From NCBI GenBank assembly GCA_041752275.1, contig JBGSHK010000019.1, forward strand, positions 1 to 34,631: 34,631 nt of DNA. The letters are read 5' to 3'. Every line of letters starts with the position of its first letter. Positions within the stretch are counted from its first letter, which is position 1. Below the pieces are notes generated by a model, which was not told the DNA's origin, did not search any database, and worked only from the letters and a program-made list of their open reading frames with translations. The position numbers and the translations under genes are program-made. The DNA is from Minisyncoccia bacterium. Lineage in GTDB: Bacteria; Patescibacteriota; Minisyncoccia; Phycocordibacterales; CAIZLB01. Below, piece after piece: positions 24,297 to 32,815 of this stretch.

Positions 24297-24875
24297 CTAC
24301 TTCACACTCTCGAACAACTCTTCAATACCTATTTTTTCTCTAGCAGAATATTTTATTATTTTTTTTCCTTCAAAAGCTTTTTCTATATCAGCTATTGCTT
24401 TAAAGATTTCATTTTGTTTTAACTTATCAAACTTGTTAGCTATTATGACTATATCTTTTTTTTGCTCATTTAAAAAATTATAAAAATGTATATCATCAAC
24501 TGTTGGTCCAACATTAGCGTCTATTATTAAAACAACTTTTTTTGTGTTTGTGTTTTCGCTTGTAAAATACCATTCTATGATACGAGCGATTTTATCTCTT
24601 TGACTATGGGATCCTCGTGCAAATCCATAACCAGGAAGATCGACCAGATAAAATTCTTCATTGATCAAATAAAAATTTGCCTCAGCTGTAAACCCCGGGG
24701 TACTTGATGAGCGTGCAAGTTTATTTCTACCTGTTAATGAATTTATAACAGAAGACTTGCCGACATTAGATCTGCCTATAAAAGCTATCTCATCCAACTT
24801 TTCTACAGGTAATCCTGTGTCATGAACTGCACCTTTTATGAAGGTGGCTGATTTGATTAATTGAGGGTTGGTCAT
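24297..24875 (-). CDS. yihA: Ribosome biogenesis GTPase YihA/YsxC (EngB)
   Basis: GRSNVGKSS, SSTPGFT, DLPGYG, NKFD, YSA. TAAAAT lies 6 nt upstream of the ATG. Confidence 0.94.
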   Translation of the reverse strand: MTNPQLIKSATFIKGAVHDTGLPVEKLDEIAFIGRSNVGKSSVINSLTGRNKLARSSSTPGFTAEANFYLINEEFYLVDLPGYGFARGSHSQRDKIARIIEWYFTSENTNTKKVVLIIDANVGPTVDDIHFYNFLNEQKKDIVIIANKFDKLKQNEIFKAIADIEKAFEGKKIIKYSAREKIGIEELFESVK

Positions 24876-24895
24876 AATTTTATTTTACTACGTTT

Positions 24896-24982
24896 GGACT
24901 CGGTCCTTACAGGACCAGTTGAGGTTTTATATTTTTTCGAATTTTTCAAATTCTCAAAAATCCATAAAACCTTTTCGAGCCC
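24896..24982 (-). ncRNA. Unclassified tRNA-linked structured element, copy 2
   Basis: The minus strand reads GGGCTCG-AAAAG-GTTTTATGGA-TTTTTGAG-AATTT-GAA-AAATT-CGAAAAAAT-ATAAAACC-TCAAC-TGGTCCT-GTA-AGGACCG-AGTCC, colinear with copy 1. Confidence 0.65.
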
Positions 24983-25019
24983 CGCACGAAAGTGCCATTT
25001 GGCACTTTCTCTTCGTTGT

Positions 25020-25040
25020 ATAAAAACCTCTGGTTTTTAT
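25020..25040 (-). terminator. Terminator after tRNA-Leu
   Basis: ATAAAAACC-AGA-GGTTTTTAT, a perfect 9-bp stem. Confidence 0.7.
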
Positions 25041-25042
25041 TG

Positions 25043-25125
25043 TGCCTCAGGCGGGACTCGAACCCGCACGACATTGCTGTCAAAAGATTTTAAGTCTTTC
25101 GTGTCTACCATTCCACCACCAAGGC
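25043..25125 (-). tRNA. tRNA-Leu (TAA)
   Basis: Acceptor GCCTTGG/CTGAGGC, loop CTTAAAA, long variable arm GACAGCAATGTC, T arm GCGGG-TTCGAGT-CCCGC, A73. Confidence 0.93.
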
Positions 25126-25153
25126 GTATTTATGCTTTTTTTAAAATAGCGTG

Positions 25154-25227
25154 AGGCGTAGGCCGGATTTGAACCGGCGAATATCAGTTTTGCAAACTGC
25201 CGCGTTAGACCACTTCGCCACTACGCC
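25154..25227 (-). tRNA. tRNA-Cys (GCA)
   Basis: Acceptor GGCGTAG/CTACGCC, loop TTGCAAA, T arm GCCGG-TTCAAAT-CCGGC, U73. Confidence 0.93.
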
Positions 25228-25298
25228 ATTCTTGTATTTATAACATATTTTTATATATATTTCTACTATATAATAATATACAAGATTTTTGTGTATTA

Positions 25299-25307
25299 TG
25301 GTATAAT
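25299..25307 (+). promoter_or_regulatory. Extended -10 promoter (TGgTATAAT) 6 nt before ATG 25314
   Basis: Perfect TGn-TATAAT at leaderless spacing. Confidence 0.6.
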
Positions 25308-25313
25308 ATCAAT

Positions 25314-25622
25314 ATGTCAACAGATATAAGTTTTGAGGAAAATAGATATCAAGTAAAATCAAGAGCTATTTTAGGGGAAGCAAAATCTCCAGCTATGATT
25401 AATTTTCTTATTAAAAAAGGTTTTGTAAAAACAGAAAAAACCGCACATGTCTTATTGATAGCGATAACTATTTTATTTTTTCTCACGTCAATACTTATAT
25501 TTGCCTTTTTTGTTTTCGATATAAATATAGGTAAAAATAATACACAATTAACCCCAGAGCAAATACAACAAAATAAAGAAAGGATACAAGAAATAAGAAA
25601 ACAGAGAGAATTAAATAGTTAA
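25314..25622 (+). CDS. Hypothetical single-TM membrane protein
   Basis: 102-aa ORF with hydrophobic VLLIAITILFFLTSILIFAFFVF and its own promoter. Confidence 0.7.
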   Translation: MSTDISFEENRYQVKSRAILGEAKSPAMINFLIKKGFVKTEKTAHVLLIAITILFFLTSILIFAFFVFDINIGKNNTQLTPEQIQQNKERIQEIRKQRELNS

Positions 25623-25633
25623 ACTATTAAAAT

Positions 25634-26230
25634 ATGAAAAACAAAAATAAAGGATTTACTCTTATAGAACTGCTGGTTGTAATATCAATAATATCATTGT
25701 TATCGAGTATAGTTTTAGCTTCTATAAAAAGAGTAAGGGAAAATGCTCAGATAACCAAAACTGTAAGTGAGATGAAGAGTTTGCAGACTGCACTTGAGTT
25801 GTATAAAAATAAATTTGGAGTATATCCAGGGGTTATTGGTACAATATATACTACAAATGAGTTTATGGATGGGGGTGGAAATTTTATTGACAAAATAATA
25901 GATTATGGATTAGGTACCCAGAGCCTTCAGTATCTTTTAGAGACCTATCTATCAACATTTTTACCAAAAATTCCTACACCTCCAAATAATTCTGATTATT
26001 ATATAGGATATTTACGTCCTTTAAATAATGTTAACACTTATTATGTATGCAATAGACAAAAAATAAATAATTATTTTATTTATTTTTATACAAGCACAAG
26101 AAAAATAAATCTACCTATTTTAGAACAAGTTTTTAATGGAACTAATCCTATTACTATGACAACTATAAATCCAGTTGAAGAGAGTGCTTTCAATGAAAGT
26201 CAAAGAAGAATATACTGTATCTCAATGTAA
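25634..26230 (+). CDS. Type IV pilin / GspG-like pseudopilin
   Basis: Prepilin cleavage/N-methylation motif KNKG-FTLIELLVVISIISLLSSIVLAS, then ALELYKNKFGVYP. Confidence 0.92.
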   Translation: MKNKNKGFTLIELLVVISIISLLSSIVLASIKRVRENAQITKTVSEMKSLQTALELYKNKFGVYPGVIGTIYTTNEFMDGGGNFIDKIIDYGLGTQSLQYLLETYLSTFLPKIPTPPNNSDYYIGYLRPLNNVNTYYVCNRQKINNYFIYFYTSTRKINLPILEQVFNGTNPITMTTINPVEESAFNESQRRIYCISM

Positions 26231-26242
26231 TTTTTTAAATCC

Positions 26243-26584
26243 TTATATGATCTCAAAAATCTCTTGTCTATGTTTCTCGCCTTTATCTATTTCAAAATTT
26301 AAAAATGGGAGTATACCAACTCTTGTTTTTTTCTTTATATCGTCTCTTATTTCAGAAACGTTTCTCATTAAAAAATCAATCACTGCATTTTCTTGAGACT
26401 CAGGTAAAACAGAAACACGTACAGTAACATTATTACTTCTATCTGCTTGATCTATAGACGTTATTGTTATTAAAGATTGTCCGCCTGAGTTACGTGATAT
26501 ATATTCGTCTATAGTTTTTCTAAAGATTGATTCAGCTCTACCCTTAGTAACTCTTTTATCTCTATGATTATTTTCTTTTTTCAT
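26243..26584 (-). CDS. rbfA: Ribosome-binding factor A (divergent)
   Basis: Immediately follows infB; LITITSID...VTVRVSVL...IRDDIKKK...PFLNFEIDKG. Confidence 0.8.
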   Translation of the reverse strand: MKKENNHRDKRVTKGRAESIFRKTIDEYISRNSGGQSLITITSIDQADRSNNVTVRVSVLPESQENAVIDFLMRNVSEIRDDIKKKTRVGILPFLNFEIDKGEKHRQEIFEII

Positions 26585-26597
26585 ATTTTTATTTAAA

Positions 26598-28787
26598 TTA
26601 TTTTTCTATTATTGAAAATCCTGATATTGTATCTCCTATAGCTATTTCTATTTTGGCTTCTATCATAAGACCACATTCTGTATCCATTTCTACAGTTTTA
26701 ACTTGAGATCTAGCATGTTGCAACTCAACTATTTCTCCACGACCTATTTCATTATCTCTTCTCATTATTTTTATTTTATCTCCCAAGTTTATACGTCCTG
26801 TTTCAACACGTCCACCCAAAACCTGTTTAGTTTTATTTGCATTGAAAATCTTAAGAACTTTAAGTGTTCCATGACTTTCTTCTTCCAATATCTTAGGTGC
26901 TTTTGTTTTAGCCTCATTTTCTAACCATTCTGAAAGTTTATATATAATATCAAAATTTTCTATTTTTAATCCAAGTTGATTTGCTAAGTTTTTTGCAACA
27001 TTATCTATTTTCGTGTTGTATCCAATTATAACTGAATCTTTAGATCCTTGTGCTAGTTTTACATCATTTTCGTTTATATCTCCGGTCTCAGCTCTTATTA
27101 TTTTTAAGTTAATATTTTCAAATTTTATTTTAGATATTTCTTGTTTAACTGCATCAAGAGTTCCTATAGAATCTGTTTTTAAAACAATAGGTAATGTCCA
27201 ACTTTTATCAACTTCAAGTCCGTATAAAGCTTTTATATTTGTAGGTATTTTTAAATCAATTTTTTCTTTATTGTCAGCTTTATTGATTTCATTTTCCAAA
27301 GTTATCATTTTCTTTTGCTCTTCTGCTAAAAGTTCAGCTGTATTTTTATCTTCACACATTATGCATATATCGCCAACACTTGGTGTGTCTACCCAACCTA
27401 TAAGCTTTACAGGCTGTCCTGGCTCAAAAGTTTTTTGTGACTTGCCTTCAAAGTTTTCAACTATACGAACAGGGGATATAACTCCTCCTGAAACTATAAA
27501 AGATCCAACCTTTAAAGTTCCATTTTTAACTATCATTGTTGCATGTATGCCACGAACTTTATCTCTTCCTGATTCTATAACTATACATTCAGCTGGAACA
27601 TCATAAGCTGCTTTTATATCAGCAACTTCTGACATAAGCATAATCATATCCAAAAGATCATCAACACCGTTTCCTGTTTTACCTGAAAAAGGTATAAAAG
27701 AAATATCACCACCATAACCTTCGACAAATATATTATTTTCAGCTAAAGATTGTTTTGTTTTTTCTATATCACTTCCAGGTTTGTCCATCTTAGAAATACC
27801 TATGAAAAAAGGAGTATTTGCATCTGTTATTGATTTTAAGGCGTCTAAAGTCTGAGGCTTAACACCGTCCTCTGCTGAAACTATAAGTATGGCTATATCA
27901 GCTGAAACAGCTCCTCTGTCTCTCATACTTGTAAAAGACTCATGTCCAGGAGTGTCCAAGAAAGTTATTTTTCCATCACCGTGCTTTATTTCATAGGCGG
28001 ACATCTTTTGTGTTATACCTCCAACTTCACGATCGGCTATATTTGATTTTCTTATATAGTCCAAAAGAGTTGATTTACCATGGTCAACATGTCCCATTAT
28101 TATAACAACAGGATTTTTTTGTCTTATATCTAAACCGTTTAAAACTTGTATTTTTTTAATCAAATTATTTGATTTTCCACTTATACGTGTTTTAAGTGTT
28201 GGAGCTTGTTTAACTTTTTTTACTCTAGGTCTTTTATAATAAGGTATATATTCATCTTTAGATGAAACTTCTTTTTTTATAAAAGTTTTTTTAGGAATAT
28301 CTTTCTTTTTATTTGCAAAAGTTTTTGCAAATGCTATACCTCTTTCTTCTATTTTCTTTTTTTCTTCCTCTTTTTTTTGTATTTCTACTTTCTCTTCTTT
28401 TGTTATAACTTTTGATTTAAAAATAGTAGGCGAGTATTTTGGTATAGACTTATGCTCTATTTTTATTTCTTCAGGTTTTGTATTTTCATTATCAACATCA
28501 ACAATTTTATTTTTATTTTCATAAAATTTTGATGCATTTTCAAGCCAATTATTTTTATCTTCGGTTTTATTTGATTTTTTTTCTTCAGCTTCTTTACTAA
28601 CAGCAAAAGTTCTAGAACTGTTTCTAGGTTCTATTGACGGGATTTTTTTAACTTTAGTTTTATTTTTAGTTGTCTTTTCTTCCTCTTTTTTTGTCTCTGG
28701 TTCAGGATCAGAGAAAATATTGCCAAAAGCGTTGCCAAAAACTCCTCCAAATGCACTATCTTCGTTTTGATTTTTATCACTTATCAT
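26598..28787 (-). CDS. infB: Translation initiation factor IF-2
   Basis: IMGHVDHGKSTLLD, GGITQ, FLDTPGHESFTSMRDRG, KMDK, TDSIGTLDAV, IIYKL, ECGL. Confidence 0.97.
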   Translation of the reverse strand: MISDKNQNEDSAFGGVFGNAFGNIFSDPEPETKKEEEKTTKNKTKVKKIPSIEPRNSSRTFAVSKEAEEKKSNKTEDKNNWLENASKFYENKNKIVDVDNENTKPEEIKIEHKSIPKYSPTIFKSKVITKEEKVEIQKKEEEKKKIEERGIAFAKTFANKKKDIPKKTFIKKEVSSKDEYIPYYKRPRVKKVKQAPTLKTRISGKSNNLIKKIQVLNGLDIRQKNPVVIIMGHVDHGKSTLLDYIRKSNIADREVGGITQKMSAYEIKHGDGKITFLDTPGHESFTSMRDRGAVSADIAILIVSAEDGVKPQTLDALKSITDANTPFFIGISKMDKPGSDIEKTKQSLAENNIFVEGYGGDISFIPFSGKTGNGVDDLLDMIMLMSEVADIKAAYDVPAECIVIESGRDKVRGIHATMIVKNGTLKVGSFIVSGGVISPVRIVENFEGKSQKTFEPGQPVKLIGWVDTPSVGDICIMCEDKNTAELLAEEQKKMITLENEINKADNKEKIDLKIPTNIKALYGLEVDKSWTLPIVLKTDSIGTLDAVKQEISKIKFENINLKIIRAETGDINENDVKLAQGSKDSVIIGYNTKIDNVAKNLANQLGLKIENFDIIYKLSEWLENEAKTKAPKILEEESHGTLKVLKIFNANKTKQVLGGRVETGRINLGDKIKIMRRDNEIGRGEIVELQHARSQVKTVEMDTECGLMIEAKIEIAIGDTISGFSIIEK

Positions 28788-28834
28788 AGTATATTAAATA
28801 TACACTTTTTTCAAAAAAATACAATATTATCAAT

Positions 28835-30064
28835 ATGTTTTCAGCATTAAACACATTTATCAAAACAAAGAAGAAATACTTTGATTATGCATCTCAAACA
28901 CCTGTTGATGTTAGGGTTTTAGATGTGTTAAAGAAAACATCAAATATTTTTTTTCACAATCCAGGTTCTTTGTATAGCAGTGGTGTTATTGCAGAAAAAA
29001 AACTGAAAGAATCAAAAATAAAAATAGCCTCTATTTTATCAAATGTGTCTAAAAACTCAGTTCATGTTGACGAGATAGTTTTTACTAGTGGAGGTACAGA
29101 GTCCAACAATATAGCAATACAAGGTGTTGTAGATAAATGGTATGAAATACATAACTATGATTATACAGAAAAACCTCATATTATTATTTCAGCATTTGAG
29201 CATCCATCAGTTAATAACGTTGTTGAAAATTTATATAAAAAAGGAAAAACAACTTTTTCAAAAATAAAAATCAACAAAGAAGGTATTGTTGATTTATTGG
29301 AACTTAAAGATCAATTAAATAAACATAAAAATACTATTTTAGTTTCTATTATGTTGGTAAATAATGAGATAGGGGCTATACAGCCTATTCGTGACATTGC
29401 CTCAATTATCAGAAAAAATAGAGTTAAAGATATGTATCCATTATTTCATAGTGATGCATGTCAGGCTATAAATTATTTAGATATATCTATTGAAAAACTT
29501 GGTGTTGACCTGATGACATATGATGCTTCAAAGTTTTATGGTCCAAAGGGTATAGGTTTTTTGTATATAAAAAGGAAGACACCTATAAATCCAATATATT
29601 TTGGAGGAGATCAAGAGTTTGCTATGAGGCCTGGGACAGAAAATCTTCCCGCTATATTGGGTATGGTTAAGGCTTTTGAAATTGTAAATATTAATAAAAC
29701 AAAAGAGATTGAGAGGATATATAAAATGCAACAGTATATTTTTAAAAAAGTTTTAAAAATGAAAAATGTTTTAATAAACGGATCAATTGATAGAGAAAAA
29801 AGAATAGTAAATAATATAAACATTTGTTTTCCAGGACAAGACTCAGAGTTTTTGCTTTTTAAACTAGACAAGTTAGGATATGAAGTATCGACTGGTACAA
29901 CTTGTCAAAATAAAAAAGAAGATTCAAAATCTGTTTCAGTTGAAGCCTTGGAAAATAATTGTGAAAGTTCAAGTCTTAGAATATCTTTAGGGAGATACAC
30001 TGATATGAAAGATGTTAAGGGTTTAATAAGGGCTTTAAAAAAAATAAAACATACTATTCGTTAA
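28835..30064 (+). CDS. iscS: IscS/NifS-family PLP-dependent cysteine desulfurase
   Basis: YFDYASQTP, FTSGGTESNN, HSDACQA, ASKFYGPKGIG, RPGTEN, catalytic STGTTC. Confidence 0.9.
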   Translation: MFSALNTFIKTKKKYFDYASQTPVDVRVLDVLKKTSNIFFHNPGSLYSSGVIAEKKLKESKIKIASILSNVSKNSVHVDEIVFTSGGTESNNIAIQGVVDKWYEIHNYDYTEKPHIIISAFEHPSVNNVVENLYKKGKTTFSKIKINKEGIVDLLELKDQLNKHKNTILVSIMLVNNEIGAIQPIRDIASIIRKNRVKDMYPLFHSDACQAINYLDISIEKLGVDLMTYDASKFYGPKGIGFLYIKRKTPINPIYFGGDQEFAMRPGTENLPAILGMVKAFEIVNINKTKEIERIYKMQQYIFKKVLKMKNVLINGSIDREKRIVNNINICFPGQDSEFLLFKLDKLGYEVSTGTTCQNKKEDSKSVSVEALENNCESSSLRISLGRYTDMKDVKGLIRALKKIKHTIR

Positions 30065-30076
30065 CTCCTTGGTTCG

Positions 30077-30104
30077 GAAACAAAAGTGTTTAGACTTTTG
30101 TTTC
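30077..30104. repeat. 11-bp perfect inverted repeat (terminator or REP-like)
   Basis: GAAACAAAAGT-GTTTAG-ACTTTTGTTTC. Confidence 0.7.
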
Positions 30105-30133
30105 TCTCACTCTATGTCGTTAATGAAAACAAA

Positions 30134-30164
30134 ATCCCCAAACTTAGATTCTAAGTTTGGGGAT
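30134..30164. repeat. 14-bp perfect inverted repeat between convergent genes (probable bidirectional terminator)
   Basis: ATCCCCAAACTTAG-ATT-CTAAGTTTGGGGAT. Confidence 0.75.
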
Positions 30165-30187
30165 ATGGTAATAGACAGAAGTCAAAA

Positions 30188-30814
30188 TCATCTTTTTCTT
30201 GTAAAGAATAGCGCACAGGTGCCAAGTAGTACAAGAAGAGTGGAGCTTGTTTCTGGGATATTTGTGTTTACAAACAGTGATCCTTGCATGATTTTTTGAG
30301 GTGTGTAGGATACATATTCATCTAAAGGTCTAAATTGTTCAAAAAAGTAATTCATGTCTAGAGACTCTAATGATCCAGATGGGGAAAAACTAATCTCGAC
30401 TATATCCAAATAGCCGACGATTGTGGTTACCCCAGAAAAGTATCCTACAACAGGACTTTTGTAGGATAGTTGAAAACCAGGTATTGGATATTCAACTCCT
30501 TCTTGAAAAAAAATACTCTCAACACCAGTATATTGTCTGGCGGTCAAAGGTGCCGAAGCTGCATATGCATCGGCAAAGCTTATTTGCCAGATTTCAGGGC
30601 CGGTGTCATATAGTTTTTCAAACTGAATACTGACAACGTTGTCAACAACGGACGAGGTTATTGTAAACCCATCTTCAGTTGATACGGTACGGTCAAGAAC
30701 AATAGATCTTGTGTTACCGGTGTATGAAAAACTCCCAGTCGTTGCAGCGCTCGCTTTTGGCAAACATAGCAACGTGAATATTAATAAACAAATAATCTTA
30801 ACTAACGTTTTCAT
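30188..30814 (-). CDS. Secreted protein with a PEP-CTERM-like C-terminal sorting signal
   Basis: Signal peptide ending KASA-A; C-terminal IPETSSTLLVLLGTCALFFTRKR (xPEx + TM + basic cluster). Confidence 0.8.
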   Translation of the reverse strand: MKTLVKIICLLIFTLLCLPKASAATTGSFSYTGNTRSIVLDRTVSTEDGFTITSSVVDNVVSIQFEKLYDTGPEIWQISFADAYAASAPLTARQYTGVESIFFQEGVEYPIPGFQLSYKSPVVGYFSGVTTIVGYLDIVEISFSPSGSLESLDMNYFFEQFRPLDEYVSYTPQKIMQGSLFVNTNIPETSSTLLVLLGTCALFFTRKR

Positions 30815-30864
30815 GATTTGTTATAGTTCGTGTTTTGTGGCATTTTGCCTACATTGGCAATTAT

Positions 30865-30894
30865 ACTATAACACCATCTACACAAAAAAGTCAA
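30865..30894 (-). promoter_or_regulatory. Promoter of the PEP-CTERM-like gene
   Basis: TTGACT-18 nt-TATAGT with TGn. Confidence 0.5.
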
Positions 30895-31014
30895 GGGGTC
30901 GTAAGGTTTGTTACAATGGCTCAATACCTTCGAAAAATTCACACATATACGATCAAAAACCTAATAGAATAAAATTATAATTTCTTAGAAAACATTTTCT
31001 CAATCACCGATCTA

Positions 31015-31023
31015 TGCTAAACT
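31015..31023 (+). promoter_or_regulatory. Extended -10 promoter (TGcTAAACT) 7 nt before the thrS ATG
   Basis: Same 9-mer as upstream of gatC. Confidence 0.6.
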
Positions 31024-31030
31024 CAAGTTT

Positions 31031-32806
31031 ATGCAAACATCAATCGAAAATAAAAGACATTCCCTGGCACATGTATTAGCCGGAGCCATACTTAAGCTTT
31101 TTCCTGATGCTTTGATGACGATTGGTCCTGCAGTCGAGAACGGTTTTTATTATGATATAGATTTTCCTTCAAACGCACCAAAAGAGGAAGATTTTGAGAA
31201 AATTCAAGATGAGATGAAAAAAGTTTTGAAAGCCTGGTCAACATCAGAGCAGAGTTTTATTCAACAAAAAGTTACTGAGGCTGAGGCTCGAGATTTTTTC
31301 AAAAATAATCCTTACAAACTAGAGCTTATACAAGGTGTAGTTGATCGTGGTGAAGAGATAACTTTTTATGTATCAGGAAAAGGAACTGATTATGAGTTTA
31401 CAGATCTTTGTCGCGGAGGGCATGTTGAAAACACGAAAGAGATAGATGAAGATTCTTTTATGTTAGATAAGATCGCTGGTGCATATTGGAGAGGTGATGA
31501 GAAAAATAAGATGCTTGTGCGTATTTATGGTTTAGCATTTGAGACAGGAGAGGGGTTGGATTTGTTTGTGCACAACCGTGAGGAGGCAAAAAAGAGGGAT
31601 CATAGAAAACTAGGAAAAGAGTTAAAACTTTTTACTATCTCTGATCTTGTTGGTTCAGGACTTCCTTTATTTCAACCTAAAGGTGCAGTACTCCGACAAG
31701 AGTTAGAGAAGTATCTTTGGTCAATGCATAAGGATAAAGGTTATCAAAGGGTATGGACTCCTCATTTGGCTAAAGCCCAACTGTATGAAGTATCAGGACA
31801 TGGTCAACATTATCTTGATGATATGTTCTCAGTACATGGGGGAACCTCAAAAGAAGATTTTTATTTGAAACCTATGAACTGTCCTCATCACTATCAACTA
31901 TTTTTAGACAATCAATTCTCATATAGAGATATGCCTATCAAATATTTTGAACCGGCAACTATTTATCGTGATGAAAAAACAGGACAGCTTGCAGGACTTA
32001 CTCGTGTTCGTGCGATCACTCAAGATGATGGACATCTTTTTGTTCGTTCATCTCAGATTAAAGAAGAGGTAAATATTATTGTGGATATTATTAAACAATT
32101 TTACACAACAATGAATATGATTGATGGATATTGGGTTCGTCTATCGACACGAGGTGATGATAAGACTGGATATCTTGGATCAGATGAAGTTTGGGAGACT
32201 GCAGAAAGTGCCTTGAAAAACATCTGTGATGAAAATAACTTGCCATATAAAGAAGGTAAAAATGAAGCAGCTTTTTATGGTCCAAAATTAGACTTTATGT
32301 TTAAAGATGCGATTGGACGTGAGTGGCAATTGGCTACAATACAGCTTGATTTCAATGCACCAGAGAGATTTGATCTATCGTTTGTAAATGAGAAAGGTGA
32401 GAATGAAAGACCTGTTGTTATACACCGTGCCATCTCTGGATCAGTCGAGCGATTTTTAGGTGTTGCAATAGAACATTTTGCCGGTGCATTTCCACTATGG
32501 CTGTCACCAGTTCAACTAAAGATAGTGCCGATAGGTGAGCGTCAGTTAGACTTTGCACATGATTTATTTAAGAAAATAATCAAGACAGATATAAGGGTTG
32601 AGATAGACCAAAGCAATGAAGGTCTTGGTAAAAAAGTTCGCGCATCAAAAGTTGAGAAGATTCCTTACTTGGTTGTTGTAGGAGATAAAGAGATGGAATC
32701 AAACACTTTTTCACTAGAAGGAAGAGGGGATGAGAAAGTGACAGGATTGAGTTATGAGGAGATGATAAAGTTTTTAGAGGATAAGATAGGGAGTAAGAGC
32801 TTGTAA
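31031..32806 (+). CDS. thrS: Threonyl-tRNA synthetase lacking the N-terminal TGS domain
   Basis: HSLAH and DLCRGGH (editing domain), RDHRKLG, KPMNCPHH, YRDEKTGQLAGLTRVR, FYGPKLD, GSVERF. Confidence 0.98.
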   Translation: MQTSIENKRHSLAHVLAGAILKLFPDALMTIGPAVENGFYYDIDFPSNAPKEEDFEKIQDEMKKVLKAWSTSEQSFIQQKVTEAEARDFFKNNPYKLELIQGVVDRGEEITFYVSGKGTDYEFTDLCRGGHVENTKEIDEDSFMLDKIAGAYWRGDEKNKMLVRIYGLAFETGEGLDLFVHNREEAKKRDHRKLGKELKLFTISDLVGSGLPLFQPKGAVLRQELEKYLWSMHKDKGYQRVWTPHLAKAQLYEVSGHGQHYLDDMFSVHGGTSKEDFYLKPMNCPHHYQLFLDNQFSYRDMPIKYFEPATIYRDEKTGQLAGLTRVRAITQDDGHLFVRSSQIKEEVNIIVDIIKQFYTTMNMIDGYWVRLSTRGDDKTGYLGSDEVWETAESALKNICDENNLPYKEGKNEAAFYGPKLDFMFKDAIGREWQLATIQLDFNAPERFDLSFVNEKGENERPVVIHRAISGSVERFLGVAIEHFAGAFPLWLSPVQLKIVPIGERQLDFAHDLFKKIIKTDIRVEIDQSNEGLGKKVRASKVEKIPYLVVVGDKEMESNTFSLEGRGDEKVTGLSYEEMIKFLEDKIGSKSL

Positions 32807-32815
32807 ATTAGTTTT

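Noticed and set aside
24861-25154. 97-aa plus-strand ORF
   Set aside because: It is the antisense reading of tRNA-Leu and the structured element.
30069-30299. 76-aa ORF (and 30421-30633, 30639-30980)
   Set aside because: They run through palindromes or antisense to the PEP-CTERM-like gene; no coding features.
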